Part shown: in pieces, positions 26,030 to 39,780 of the stretch
How the letters are laid out: every line of letters starts with the position of its first letter
How positions within the stretch are numbered: the first letter of the stretch is position 1
Assembly: GCF_001194135.2 (NCBI RefSeq)
Contig: NC_068999.1
Location: forward strand, 53,999,947 to 54,063,946
Source: Octopus bimaculoides
Taxonomy: Eukaryota
Length of the DNA stretch: 64,000 nt
Reading direction: 5' to 3'
Translations under genes and position numbers: made by a program
Notes under the pieces: model-generated
Databases searched by the model: none
Told to the model about the DNA's origin: nothing
Seen by the model: only the letters and a program-made list of their open reading frames with translations

Positions 26030-27060
26030 TTTCCTTCCGTTTTTATCATCCTATTTCAGTTGAATGACTCATTATAATCTCTCTTTCTAATCTCTATCTC
26101 TCCGTCTTACTTTCTACTTATCAGTCTTTCTCTTTTTAGCTTCTCTCTCTAATTCAATCTGTCCCTCATTAGTCTAACATACATAGTTCTCTTTCTGCTT
26201 CCCTTTGTCTTACTTCACATCTCTAGCCCTCACTCTATTTTCTCTGTCTTTTTCTTACTCTCTCTTTCTCCCTCAACATCTCTTTTTTCTTTCTCCCTAT
26301 CAATTCAATGTTTATCATATTTCTCTCCTCTCTTTCTTACCATTCCTCCTTACTTCCATGTCTGTCTATTACATATTTTTTCTCTTCCTTTCAATACTAA
26401 CCAACATTTCAACGTTAGTCTCTCTCTCTCTCACTTCCTCTTTGGCACTTCCATCTTTTTCTACCTCCATTCATTTTCTGTTTCCCTTCATTTTCTTACG
26501 TACTATTTCTTCCATCTCCCTCACAGACTGTATATTATTTCTTCTCTCTCTTTGCTCTTCCACTCTCTGTCTTACCACCTCTCACACACTTCTCTGTCTC
26601 TACTCATTTCTCTTTCACCTACTTTTTTCCTTCATCTTTTCTCTCTCATTTAATTCACTTTAATATCTCGTTCTTTTTCATCGGTTGTATTCACTTCCTC
26701 GTCTTTAACTTTATGTCATCCATTTACCCGTCCCTCTAACTTCTTCCTTCATTAAGTCTATCATTTAATAACAATATGTACCAGTTTTTGTTTAAATTCC
26801 TATTCACTCAGTTTTTCAGTCTCTCACACATATTTACTTACCTCTCACTCCCTCTCTCATCCATACATTCAATTACCACTCACTCCCTTTCATATACAAG
26901 GGAGTGCTTCTCTATCAACTGTACTAGCGGTCTCTCCTCCCTTACCCCCCACGGCCTCTGCAACTCTTTCATTATTTATACACTGTCGTTTCCAGCACGT
27001 TTACTTACTGGTCTCTCTCTCTCTCTCTCCCTCCCTCCCTCTCTCTTCCAATATTAAAAC
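26030..27060 (+). repeat. About 1-kb pyrimidine-rich low-complexity tract
   Basis: Strong C/T bias on the plus strand. The ORFs at 26205 and 26776 are L/S/F-rich artefacts of this composition. Confidence 0.85.
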
Positions 27061-27185
27061 ACTCTTCACCAACCTCCTACTCTTCCAAACGTCAGCCGAC
27101 ATTATTAAAGTGAGTCATAAGCACTTTATAGTCGTTTGTATCGTCTGCTGAGACGGCCATCTCCTCCCTTCCATTGCTGCTGTTG

Positions 27186-27251
27186 CTGCTTTGAGAATGC
27201 TGCATCTTTTCTTTTACTGCTTTGAGAATGCTGCATCTTTTCTTTTACTGC
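27186..27251. repeat. 31-bp exact tandem duplication inside a CTG/GTT-rich low-complexity region
   Basis: ctgctttgagaatgctgcatcttttctttta at 27186-27216 and 27217-27247. Confidence 0.95.
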
Positions 27252-30200
27252 AGAAGCAGCTGTTGAAGTTGTGGTTGTTGTTGCTGCTGTACTTTCTGCA
27301 GCTGGAGCAGCCGTTATTGCTACTATTCTGAGTGACTGCTCCTATGGTAGTCGTTATTGTCTAACTGCTGCTGCAGTTGCTACCATTGTTACTGTCTACG
27401 TCTGGTAATGCTGCTGTCATTGCTGCTGCTCGTCTGAGATTATCTTATCGGGCTGTTTTTACAATTTAGTTTCTTCCTTTGCCACTCATTCTCATTCACT
27501 CATTTGTCATTTTATCTGTTTTTCACCTCTGCCGATTCCATGAATCACTTACGCACTCTAATCACAACCTCGATCCTTTTCTTTTTCTTTTTCTTTTTTT
27601 GATCACTTTCTAACACTCTCCTTCTAAATCTTTTCTTATCTATTGATCTCTGTATTTATTTTCTGACCTTCGTATACTTTGTTACTCATCCCTCCAGTCT
27701 ATGACCATGCCCGAGTCTCTCTATCTTTCCTATACCTCGTTATCCATCACATCCATCCCTACGTCACCCCACCATCACTTCCGGTTGACCTAAGTAGAGA
27801 CTGTCTTCCAATATGGAACAATAATGGAAGGTGTTAGAGACTGAATGAAATCAGAACATAACTCACTCACTCCATAGTCAATATTTATTTTACATCTTCG
27901 ACTTCCCCTCCCCTTTCTCCCAATATTTCGTGTTGACACATTAACATTTTTTTAGGGCTCAGCTTGCAATCATTTGACCTAAGTTGTCTGGTCGCTTCAG
28001 GACAAAAACACACAGTCCAATGAAAATAGTCTTAAGCCAGTATTTAGCAACACTCCAGGGTGTTCATTAAAAAAAATCTATAAAATGTCTTTTTCAGAAT
28101 GTTAGAGAAAAATGAATGCTTCCAACACTTTTCAGGCTTGCCCAGATCTGGTTGGAATGCTTGCAACAGAGTGAACTCTACCTTGAAGAGACTGAAGAAC
28201 TAGGTGGAGATGTCGTCTCATGTCAGTCCTGATTTCTTGGATCTATAATCAAAGGCATTCCAACCATGACATTGTCATCTTTTTCCTGAAATAGTGCACC
28301 CAGGGCCATATTATCTCATGTCTTCTTTTGTAAATGGTGAGTGTGATTTGAAGGAGATTTAGCTCTGAAGCCTAGCCAGTCAGGTTTTTTCTTGGCTCAT
28401 CAGGTGTTGTTCTTCTTTAACCTCAGATTAGCTCTGATCAAGTGGATCTATGATTAAAGCACTCTAAAGCCATATTGATTTCAACTTATTTTCAGTCAAT
28501 CTATTCAGAACTACAGTATTCAATGTTTCTTTTCTTTTTTTTTTTTTTAAGAGATGGCAAAGAATTTGACTGCTCTCTCCAGCTATGTCGAGCCCCATCC
28601 CTGCCCACCTCATCATCAGATTTCTTACCACTGCTTTTGAAGCAGAGTTGATGGTGTTAAAATGGGTGACATTAAGCATTAGTGTCACCATGAATTAATT
28701 TATGATAATTTTTATATGAAAACCATGTTAAATCCTGGTTAATACTAGATTCCCCCCCCCCTTTTTTAACACTATTAAGTTGATGAACAACTCTTGGTGA
28801 TTTGACAAATACTATGTGTATGTCATGTGGAGGTGCGTAGCTTAGTAATTATGGTGTTGCACTCATTGTAAGATTGTGGTTTTGGTTCCTGGACTGGGTG
28901 ACAATTGTGTTCTCAAGCAAAGCACTTCATTTCATGTTGCTCCAGTCCACTCAGCTGGCAAAAATGAGTAATCCTGCAACGGACCAGCATCCCGTCCAGG
29001 TGGGGAATATGTTCACCATGAAACCAGAAAACTGGCCCTTATGAGTCAGCATGATTCTAGAGGATAACTTTACTATGTCATGGATTTTGGGTGAAGTAAA
29101 ACAAAAGGACTTTTCTCTTTTTTATTGTTTTCTCAGGAGGGAGGAGCAGTCCCCATGAGCCTTTACAGGGTACCTGAGACTGGTGGAACTAAAGGAGGAA
29201 GGTATCTTCAAACCAGAGACAATTGGCATGTCAAAGCATTAAACTAGCTACAATAAACAGTGAAAAACATGAAAACTTTCGTGAGCAAATTAAATATTTA
29301 AAAGCTACAACCAAACCAACAGGAGTTGCTAGAAATAACAGTCAAAACATTTATTATTTTAAAAAATTCAAGAATGAAAGTTTGCAATACACTCTAGGAT
29401 TTTATAAAATAAATTATCTTTCTCATATCTCCTACACATAGGAAAGGTTTAATGCTGTGGCCATTGTTCTAGAATTGAATTCCTTCTGTTATGAAAATAA
29501 ACAATTATAGAACACGTAGTGGTTACACTCCTTGTGCACATGCACAGCATCTTTGATTGTTATGGAAACAAAGTTCTTTGCCACAGTGATGTGTAAAATC
29601 ACTTCTCATTGGCTAAAATACTCAAATTTTGCAAATTTTAAAGGCTAATAACTTTTTGATTATGGATTTACAGGAGGAAGTATATATCTACCAAGGAGTA
29701 AGTAACTGACAGACTATCTATTTAAATAAGTGTGATACTTGCAGACGAGTGATTTGTTTGGCCAAAAAGAAGAAAAGGGCAGGTGCAGTATTGTGTATTC
29801 AGTAAAATGATTGCCTGGCAAGTAATAGATATGACACACACACATAATGAGTTCTCATCTACCAACTGCACTCACAAGGCTTTGTTTGGCCTGAGGCTAC
29901 AGTAGAAGACAGCTACCCAAGGTGCCATTTAGTGGGACTGAACCCAAGATCCTAAGGTTGAGAAGCAAGTTTCTTAACCACACTCTTATTCCGGTATATA
30001 TAACACACACACACACATATGCCTACTATTTTGTAACTCTGTATCTACTTATGTCCAACCAACCAACCAAACTATTTGTGCATCTCTTTTTGTTCCTTCC
30101 CTACCTCTCAAACATGCTTTCTTGCTCTTTTCCTCTCTCTCTCAATATCATTCCTTGCTACTTCTTCAACATCCCCAACACTTACTTCCTCCTCTGACTC

Positions 30201-32643
30201 TTTCTGTCTTTCTCTTCTATATCAAAAAATTTTGGAAATGTTTCTAAATTTTGATAAACCGCCCGAGTTCCAGTTGTTATCTCCGAGAGTATGGAGATTA
30301 CAAAGCAAAGATAAGAGTACCAATTCACCATAGTTGGAATGTCTTAATCTTATCTATGTTGCCAATCCTTGATTTGCTAACATTAGTGCATATTTTAAGC
30401 ACACCATAGTTCTTCATAGGATCAGGAACAGATAGGGTTGTTGCTGTTTACAATCAGGTTTTCCTTAAAGGTAAACTGTATTAAGTGCAGGATAAAGTAT
30501 TTAGCAATATTTAGTTTATGTTTCTCAACATTCTGTGTTCAAATCCTACACTTTCTCTTTTATCTTTCCAAGCTTTAGTAAAATAAACAACAGAATAAAC
30601 AAGCAAACAATGAAGAAAACAATCAACAAGTGACCAGCATTAGAAAGAACAACAATGATGATGAGGCTGATGATGATGACAATGATTTCTTTAATTGGTC
30701 ACAAGTGCTCAAGATATTGCGGAGAATATAAACAGACAAAATACAACACATTAAAGGTGAGGTTTATATTGAGCAAAAGCAATCAACAACAATTAAAGCT
30801 ATAAAGAAAGATCTTCTGTTTCAAAATCCAGAGGTGGTTGCTTTTTTCCAATCATAATTTAAATATTTGAACTTGACCAGACTATATCTCTCCTATCAAG
30901 ATCATAATTCCTTGTGTTTTTCATAAATAAGGTAACTTGAAAGTATAGTAGACTAGATTTAGTATTAAGTAATAGATAAAATATAATTACAAATTTAGAA
31001 ATTTAGGAAATGACCTTAACAAATGAAAAGAAAGGAAATAATAGAATTATAGCAGACTTCACAAAAGCAAATTTTAAAGGTTTAGGAGATAGATTTGTAC
31101 ACAGAAGAATACAGAAATCTGTTCTGATTTTTGATAAACAAAATTTTATTCTTTTTGTTCACAAAAAACAAATACTGTCATCACTATGAATAACAAAATG
31201 CTATTGATTTTGGTATAATTGTAATAGTAGTCAAAAAGTCAGCTGCTGGCTGTTGTGGTGCTGTAGCTGATTTTTAATTGTGGTTGTTGTCAGCTCTGGT
31301 CACCATCTGCCATCTCATCTCTGTTGTGTCTCAATGCTCTCTCATGTAGTGAAGGTATGCTGAATTTATACTGATGCTTAGGCTCAGAAAGAAGTGTTCC
31401 ATGCAAAGTCATGATTGGTCAGATTTTGTTGATCATGTGGGTATCATTCTAGTCAATCGCAACATTGGGTGATTGATGATTATATTCCTGCTACAGATTT
31501 AGGAGTGAGGTGTAGGGTGATATTATGGTATCATCACAGCAGGGCCTGAACAAGTGAATTCAGTTCCATAGAGAATTAGGGTTATTTTAGAATCACCAGG
31601 AAAGAAATATGTTAGATTTTGAGCCTTCCAGTTATATAGATTTAGATAATGAATGCAAAATTTTTCAGAAATCCTTCAAATTATTCCAAATGATTCACAC
31701 TCAAAGAAGATAATTCAAACCTGAAAATAATAATCCAAAAAAGATGAAAGGTAGAATCAAACGTATTAAAAGTATTAAGAAAAGTATTTATAGAAGATTA
31801 AAAAGATGGGAGAAGGATTTGAGGTAGCAATAATTAAGTTTAAGTAGAGATTAAAAAAATAAAATAGCAGATCTCAAAATAAATTACAAAGTAAAATTTG
31901 CAGAGAAATCAAAAGTAAAAATGAAAAGCATTGAATATTTAAGTATTTTACTTACTTTAATTCAAAGTTTGCAATGCTATGAATTTATAGAATGGATTTT
32001 ATAAATTTTCCCAACATAGTAATAAATACTGTATTCAACATGGACAAAATATAGAAAAGCATAAGTGTTGATATCAGGTCAAGTTAAGTATGAGATCATC
32101 CGAGAGTATATTGAGGTAATGTATTCATACTGATGCTCCTGACTTTTGTCTGTCATTTGTCTCTGAAGTTTGTGACTGGTGTTGTTTGGTGCTTCATCAT
32201 ATCATCTTTTAACTTTTATCATTTATTTGCTTCAGTCACTTTGACTGCAGTCATGCTGGGGCACCACCTTGAAGGGCTTCAGTTGTACAAATCGACCCCA
32301 GGACTTATTTTTTAAGCCCACTTCTTATTCTATTGGTCTCTTTAGCCAAACCACTAAGTTACAGGGATGAAAACACATCAACACCAGTTGTCAAGCAGTG
32401 GTGGGTGACACTTTTAAGGATTTCTGAACACAGACACAAAGACACAGACATATACATACATATATACACACACACATACAACAGGCTTCTTTCAGTTTCT
32501 GTCTACTACATCCACTCATAGAGCTTTGGTCATCCCAAGGCTATAGTAGAAGACACTTGCCCAAGTAGGCAGCAGTTGAACACCATGTGGTCGGGAAGCA
32601 ATCATCTTACCACACAGCTACAGCTTATAATTTTTTTCAAATC

Positions 32644-32685
<42 letters not shown>

Positions 32686-32832
32686 GATCTATCATGGATG
32701 ATATCTTGTATATCCAAATTTTAAAATTTTACACTAGCACTGGCCATGAAAATATCCTCAGCATATCTGTGAACCTTAGTCCTGCCAAGTATATGAATAC
32801 AAAGTGAAACATATAATCCATTTCATGCTGAC

Positions 32833-33475
32833 TGGAACTCTCTTCTATGAAGACAAGGTTCTTATCAAAACTCTTGTGCTCAGCATTCTAAAGTCCTGTT
32901 ATGGTAACCCTGTCACAAAGGGAATTTTGGGTGATAAAACCTTCCATAAGATATCTCAGTATATTACTGGAAAGGCCTGAAGAAAGATGTACAAAAATAT
33001 GTGAAAGCATGTTGGAAGTGTTTCATCAGTAATTCCAATGTCAGCAAAGAAGTTTTGTCACTCAACCCCAATACTTGTACATTCCAAGATCTAGAGTCTG
33101 GTTGGGATCAACTTTATCTGACATTCTTTAAGAAACTACAAGTGATAGCAAGTATATTGTTACCATAACAGACAATTTCACCAAATGGGATGAAACCACA
33201 GCTACCCAAAACAAGAGCATGAAGTCAGTAACACAGTTTCTTTATTCTGTTGTATGTCAACTGGGCTACACGGACAGCCTGATTAGTGGCCAGGGTCTTC
33301 AGTTTGTAAAGATTGAGATGCTTATGGACCTTTTCCAGACAGAACACTGGATAACTGTGGCATACTAACTATAATTAAACAGTTAAAGGGTGCATGACAA
33401 CAGAGCACTTAAGGCTGTGCTAAGAAAGCTTGTCAACAACTAAGCCGATGATTGGAATCAACCCAGACATTTTGT
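32833..33475 (+). mobile_element. Gypsy/Ginger-type integrase pseudogene fragment
   Basis: YYWKGLKKDVQKYVKACWKC (from 32962), SDSKYIVTITDNFTKWDE (from 33141), LISGQGLQF, and LKAVLRKLVNN*ADDWN match the H2C2 zinc-binding and rve core motifs, with stops and frameshifts. Confidence 0.85.
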
Positions 33476-34269
33476 TTGTACATGTATCTATGTTTCAATG
33501 AAGCATGAATAAAGATCAATACAATAAGTACCAAATTGAAATAGTGGGGATAATATAATTGACTAAAAATGTTTTCAAGCAATAACCACATCATGGCCAC
33601 AGTTCAGCAAATGAAACCAGTGCAAGAGTATGTGTGTGTGTGTGTGTGTGTTTTTGTCTTTCAATTTCATGCAAATTAGTCAACCTGAGGCTATGATAAA
33701 ATGTATTTCCACAACATACCACAGAGTGAGTGAACCCCTCTGGGTTCCCATGGTTGTGAAGCAACTTTTAACTGATACAGCTATGTATACGACACCCATT
33801 GTAGGAATGTCAATGTCTAGAAATGTCAGCAAGATCTTCTGGAATTTTAATATTTCCTTGTATATACATTTCATCAGCAACCTCATACTAATATAATTTC
33901 CTGTATTGACATTACACGACATCACATTAGTGACATGGTGGTGGTGGTGGTGGTAGGATGTCTGAATTAGAATTTATATATTTCTGCTAATTAACATGAT
34001 ACAAACATGGAGTTTCTGTGTGGTTCCTCAACCTGCTAAAAATAGTCAAATCTCACTCAAATTTACATTCTACCTTCTTTAAATAAGGAAGGATACATTT
34101 AGTGATCTACATTTCTGCTACTCTACTGTTTTAGGCCTGAAATACAAGGTGAGATTCACAATTTGCTGAAGTAAATGAGCTTCAAATGAAGCCGAATGTC
34201 ACCATCTGTGCAAAACCAGCAGCAACATTCTGACCAGCGATATGCTGTAACCAGTTCATAAATTGCTTG

Positions 34270-34315
<46 letters not shown>

Positions 34316-34760
34316 NNNNNNNNNNNNNNNNNNNNNNNNNNNNNNNNNNNNNNNNNNNNNNNNNNNNNNNNNNNNNNNNNNNNNNNNNNNNNNNNNNNNN
34401 NNNNNNNNNNNNNNNNNNNNNNNNNNNNNNNNNNNNNNNNNNNNNNNNNNNNNNNNNNNNNNNNNNNNNNNNNNNNNNNNNNNNNNNNNNNNNNNNNNNN
34501 NNNNNNNNNNNNNNNNNNNNNNNNNNNNNNNNNNNNNNNNNNNNNNNNNNNNNNNNNNNNNNNNNNNNNNNNNNNNNNNNNNNNNNNNNNNNNNNNNNNN
34601 NNNNNNNNNNNNNNNNNNNNNNNNNNNNNNNNNNNNNNNNNNNNNNNNNNNNNNNNNNNNNNNNNNNNNNNNNNNNNNNNNNNNNNNNNNNNNNNNNNNN
34701 NNNNNNNNNNNNNNNNNNNNNNNNNNNNNNNNNNNNNNNNNNNNNNNNNNNNNNNNNNNN
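34316..34760. other. Assembly gap (N run), one of ten
   Basis: Other gaps: 4931-4940, 10147-10413, 15346-15421, 17937-17946, 45990-45999, 46510-46519, 48220-48278, 51831-52003, 61906-62417. Confidence 1.
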
Positions 34761-34800
<40 letters not shown>

Positions 34801-36645
34801 GCATACATTTGCACATATATGTGTGTGTGTGTGTGTTCATTATTTATTAATATTGATGAATCCTGGCACACTGCTAACTGCAACGAATGATTTGTGAGAC
34901 GAATTCAGCTGAACGAAACAGCAGCAGTTTGTCATAAATATCTATTCTTGGTATTTTATTACATTTTGAGTCCTCATAGTTGCTACTTGTTTTGTTATTA
35001 ACGCTTTGGATATGTACATACATATACATGTTTATGTATGTGTATACATGTACCTGTGAGTCTCTCAGTTTATGCTTGCATTAGTCTAAAAGAACAATGT
35101 TGTTTATGATGAGTATGTGAATGTCACGGAACTTAACAGTTGAACGAATAGGAACTACTAAAATAAATAACAGCTTGAAAAAATGACTATGACTAAAATC
35201 TTGAAGGCAATGCTCCAGCACGGTCGCTTTCTTTTATATCCTTCTATTGGATATGTAATATAACGAAGCAGGGAGGAAAGAAAGTATTTACACAACATAC
35301 TACTATTACTATTACAAGAAACTCAACGCTCTCAGCCACGGCTCACAGTGAACTGCTTACCAACCTGAACTGCCAATCGCTCACAGTTCATTCACCTTTT
35401 AGTCACTTGAGGACTGGTTGAAATCCTTCCACAAAACTTTCCAAAGACTGAAACCAGTTGAAATAAAATGAAAGACTATTTGTCCAATCTATGTATGTAT
35501 ATATACATAGATACATAGATACACACACACACACATGCCACTACCTATGCAGCACCATGTAAAAGCACCCAGCAGACTCTGTAAAGTGGTTGGCATTTGG
35601 AAGGGTATCCAGCCATAGAAACCGCGCGAAATCAGACTGGAGCCTGGTGCAGCTCGCCAGCTCTGGTCAAAACTTTCAATCCATGCTAGCATGGACAACA
35701 AACGTTAAATGATGATGTGGTGATGATAATGTGTGTATGTATATATATATATATCTTTTAAATTTGTTTATGGGAAACGTTCTGAATATGCAGATAAACC
35801 TCCTGTTCTATTATGCCGGCCTCAGTCTAATGATGCTGACTGGTGAACCAGTTTTTCGGGATTGCATCGAGCTGTACTGATATAATGTAGGATAAATATA
35901 ATAATAATAATAGCAATAATCCTTGGATGGAATTTATAAACTGAAGTCTTGAATAATGTACAAAATTCTGTTTGGTTTCATTTTCAGAAATTTAATGAAT
36001 GTGAGGGAAATCAGTTTGAACAATTATTGGAACCATTTTTTTTTTTTGTGAGTTAATAATTTTGTGATAATGAATGTTATGTAAATAAGATAAAAGAATA
36101 TCTTATCTCTTATATAATCAATTTTTCTCCTGATTAGGGTGGTGTGTGACTTTTGCACTACCCTATATATGAGGGGCTTCTTTCAGTTTATATACAAGCA
36201 CCCACTTTGGCTTGATGTGATCACACTTGATCACAGCTGGTTCTTAACCTCCACTCAAGTCGTGTAGTTTAAAAACAGTAGTTAGCAGTCACATTGTTCA
36301 TTGCTTGTCGCTATATTTTCCTAAATTGACCTCTGTAAATGACGAAATTGATGAGGAAGTAAAGCCTTGCTAAATTATCTGCTTTATCAAGGTGACACTG
36401 ATAATTTAAAGCTGTTGCACATGTCTATACAGTGACTCACAGACAGACAGACAGATAGACAGACAGACGGACAGACACACACACACTCACTCACACATAT
36501 GCATGCATATGTATATATTAGTGCACATTCATAAATGCATATGCACATTATATATATATGTATGTATATATGTGTGTGTGTATATATATGTATTTGTATG
36601 AATAAATTATATATATATATATATATATCAGTGTATATACATATG

Positions 36646-36691
<46 letters not shown>

Positions 36692-38005
36692 CACACACGC
36701 GCATCCAAATCCTATTACAAAACAACAAATGTAATGAAACATTATAAAGTTATTTAAATGCAAACAATTCAAAGCTTTAGCGATCATCTGCCATGTTACG
36801 TCATTAAGATAACACCAATGACAAGAACAATAGCTTTCACTTTCAGTGGACTTTTCTTTCTCTAATCATACTTCATCTTAATTACTTATTAACCCACTAA
36901 TCTGATATGAGGTATTACATTCAGATTAACTAGCTAATACATTCATAGATTTGTTTTGTGTCACCAAATGTTGATTAAATGAATTAAAAAGTAAATGTGT
37001 GTCATATTTGGAGTCACAACAACCTTTGCCTGCTCTTCATCAACTACTCCATATTGTGAAACATTTGAAACACATTGAACCATTTTCATTGTCTTTCTTT
37101 TCAAGGTTAAATCTGTTCAACTGCAGATGTTCTAGATGTCATTCATTATGGAATTTATGAATCCAAATCCATTTAATGCTTCTCGACTGTTAGAAGAATT
37201 AAAAATGAAATTCTCTTACTCCAATTTTCATAAGTTTCACTGTCCTTTTCCTATGAATCATCACACAAATTTTTGATTTTTTTAGAAAATAAATTACCCT
37301 CGTGCTAATTAGCAAAACTATAATGAGTCTGATACATGGTCCATATGCACTACAACCTTCCACTTTAATCATCATATTAGATCTATGAAAGAAATAAGGT
37401 CTGAGCTTTTACCAAAGTAGCTTCTTGACCACTTCACTTAATTTCCTCTCTAATGTCACATATTCTTCCCAGTGAATATGTCAGTGGCAATGTGGCTAAT
37501 TTCGATCTACTGCATTAATCCTTTTAAAAGCATCATGTTTAATATTGTGTGTAATCCTTTTATAGTTCTTATTTGTACTGCTTTCTTTTAGTTCCAGTTT
37601 ATGGCTTCTTTCCAGACATCTTAAATTGTTAGTAAATCTAACAGCTGTGGTGATCAATAATTATCCACAACATATGTGTAGTGAAAAAATAGTATCATGA
37701 AGGAACTGTTTTGTGAGAGCACAAGCTTGTCTCATTCTTGTGGATGTGAAGATGAAAATGAAAAGATGAAAGGGTGAAGGAGTGAGGTGGGAGGAACTAC
37801 TGTATTAAAGTTAGTTGAATGGTTACCAGTGTTATGGACATTTTGCCTCTTGCATTTATAATTTGAATCATAAATACTGCATACAGCACTCACACACACA
37901 CACATTCATGCACATACACACAAAGACAACACTGTGTTGGTATACAACATATGTAGCTATAGACATTGCTATCAGGCTGATACTATTATAGTTTTTAGTA
38001 AGTTG

Positions 38006-38038
<33 letters not shown>

Positions 38039-38316
38039 TTGGTTGTATTTGTTTTGGTATTAGTGACTGAAGGGTGTTGTTGGTGGAAATCCTTCATCCC
38101 TTAAACGGTGGGATTTGAACTGAGAGTGCAGAGTGCTGCAAACAACATTGCAAGATATTGTCTGGAACTTTTGCCTGCAGTTCTGCCCTCGATCTTCATT
38201 TTAGGGAAAATGATAACCACCATAATTCATGAGATTAAAAGAAAGAAAGAGGTTTTGTGTTATTTTCAATAGCCCATATTTGAGTGTACGTGTGAATGTG
38301 TGAATGTGAATGTGAA

Positions 38317-38347
<31 letters not shown>

Positions 38348-39420
38348 ATCATCACCCTCAGGATTTGACTAGTACATTTTTTCAACTCTGCCTGAGAAGA
38401 TGAAAGATAGAGTTAATCTTGGTGTGTTTTGGGGTGCAAAAAGCCAGAACAAATACCATAAGGTACCCAATGTTTTGCCAATTCTTCCAACTATGCTAAT
38501 ATATACATACATATACACGCATGAATGCACATAGACACAGACGAATATTCCACCCACCCTCCTCATCATCCATCTTCATACCATGTTCTGCATATAACAT
38601 CTTGTGGTTCTAAAAATTGACAAACATTACTCATGGTCTGGATATGGATAGAGAAGCCACAGGGAGCATGTATGGAAAAAACTAATACCTACTAATAAAT
38701 TATTATTATTATTATTAACATTATTATTACTATTATCATCATCATCATTATTTTTATTTATTTATTTATACCTTTTTTATTATCTCTCAGCAGCTGTTCA
38801 AGAAGGAAAACAACAATTTACTGTTATTTCAAAGAGACCACTACAGTTTCTTGGTGCCTGGGTAACTTGTGTTTCTAAGATGCCAGCACTTGGCAAAGTT
38901 GTCAATCAACCTGTAGAGTGTACAGTTAAGTGCATTTCAAGAATTTGGAAAAGTTTAATAATTGAGTTGATGACTAAGGTGAGTTGGTTTGCTGAGATTA
39001 ATTAGGAAGGAATAAATAAACATCTGTTTTATTTTAAATATCAAGATCATGACATCCATCCATCTGTCTGTCTGCCTGTTTATGTAGTTATCAATCTGTG
39101 CCTTCTACTCTCTCTTTCTCTGTGTATGTGTGTGTGCACGCGCACATGTGTGTGTTCTGTAGAACGAAAATATGAACAGGCAAACAATTGGTATTGATTT
39201 AGATTATGTTTTTTTTTTCATATTTAAACACAATTGTTGAGTTACAATAAATTAGATATGATAAAAAGGAATTATGTTTAAATACGTAAATGCTATAATC
39301 TAAACCAATATCAGTTTTTGCCTGTTCATATTTTCATTCTGCTGTACATGTACCTGCTCACTGCTTTGACTCCAAAAATATGAAATTGCAAGGGGAACTA
39401 TATTTTGCATGAAGCCTAAG

Positions 39421-39780
39421 ACTAAGATGTATATGGATCTGAAGAGTAGAGTAATCTTTCCAGAAGTTGTGGCAGTAGCAATGCTTTGACCTGATAAGTT
39501 TCTGCCATCCCTGAGTGCAAAAGCAATCATCATTGCTGAACTGATAGACATGACATTTCTCATCAACTGAAGAAAGACAAATACCAAGATTTGGTTGATG
39601 AGGCTCTTGCTAAAGGATGGGAGTCAGCCTCCGTCCTTACTAAAGTTGTCTGCTGCTGTTTCTCAGTTAGATCTTTGTGCTACTTTCTGCAGATTGGTTT
39701 GGAATTCAAACAACTGCAGAAAGTCACCAAAGAGATAGACATGGCAGCTGAAGTCTGTTCAAGGTAGCTGTGGTCAACAA
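39421..39780 (+). mobile_element. HERO-like non-LTR retrotransposon, restriction-like endonuclease (RLE) C-terminal remnant
   Basis: MYMDLKSRVIFPEVVAVAML*PDKFLPSLSAKAIIIAEL, frameshift, then HQLKKDKYQDLVDEALAKGW...VTKEIDMAAEVCSR*LW. This is the PD..EL..K..KY RLE pattern. Confidence 0.75.

Noticed and set aside
27120-27440. Minus-strand Ala/Thr/Gln-rich open frame (AITAAPAAESTAATTTT...QQQQQW)
   Set aside because: Low-complexity CTG/GTT sequence with an upstream in-frame stop, no convincing start or splice sites, and no recognisable domain.
29137-29201. Candidate 65-nt plus-strand exon (ttttctcag|GAGG...GAAG|gtatct)
   Set aside because: Good-looking splice signals, but the one open frame (EGGAVPMSLYRVPETGGTKGG) matches nothing I recognise and no partner exons are evident.
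37040-37720. Possible minus-strand hAT transposase remnant
   Set aside because: Only vague motif traces in shifting frames. Cannot be supported without an HMM search.
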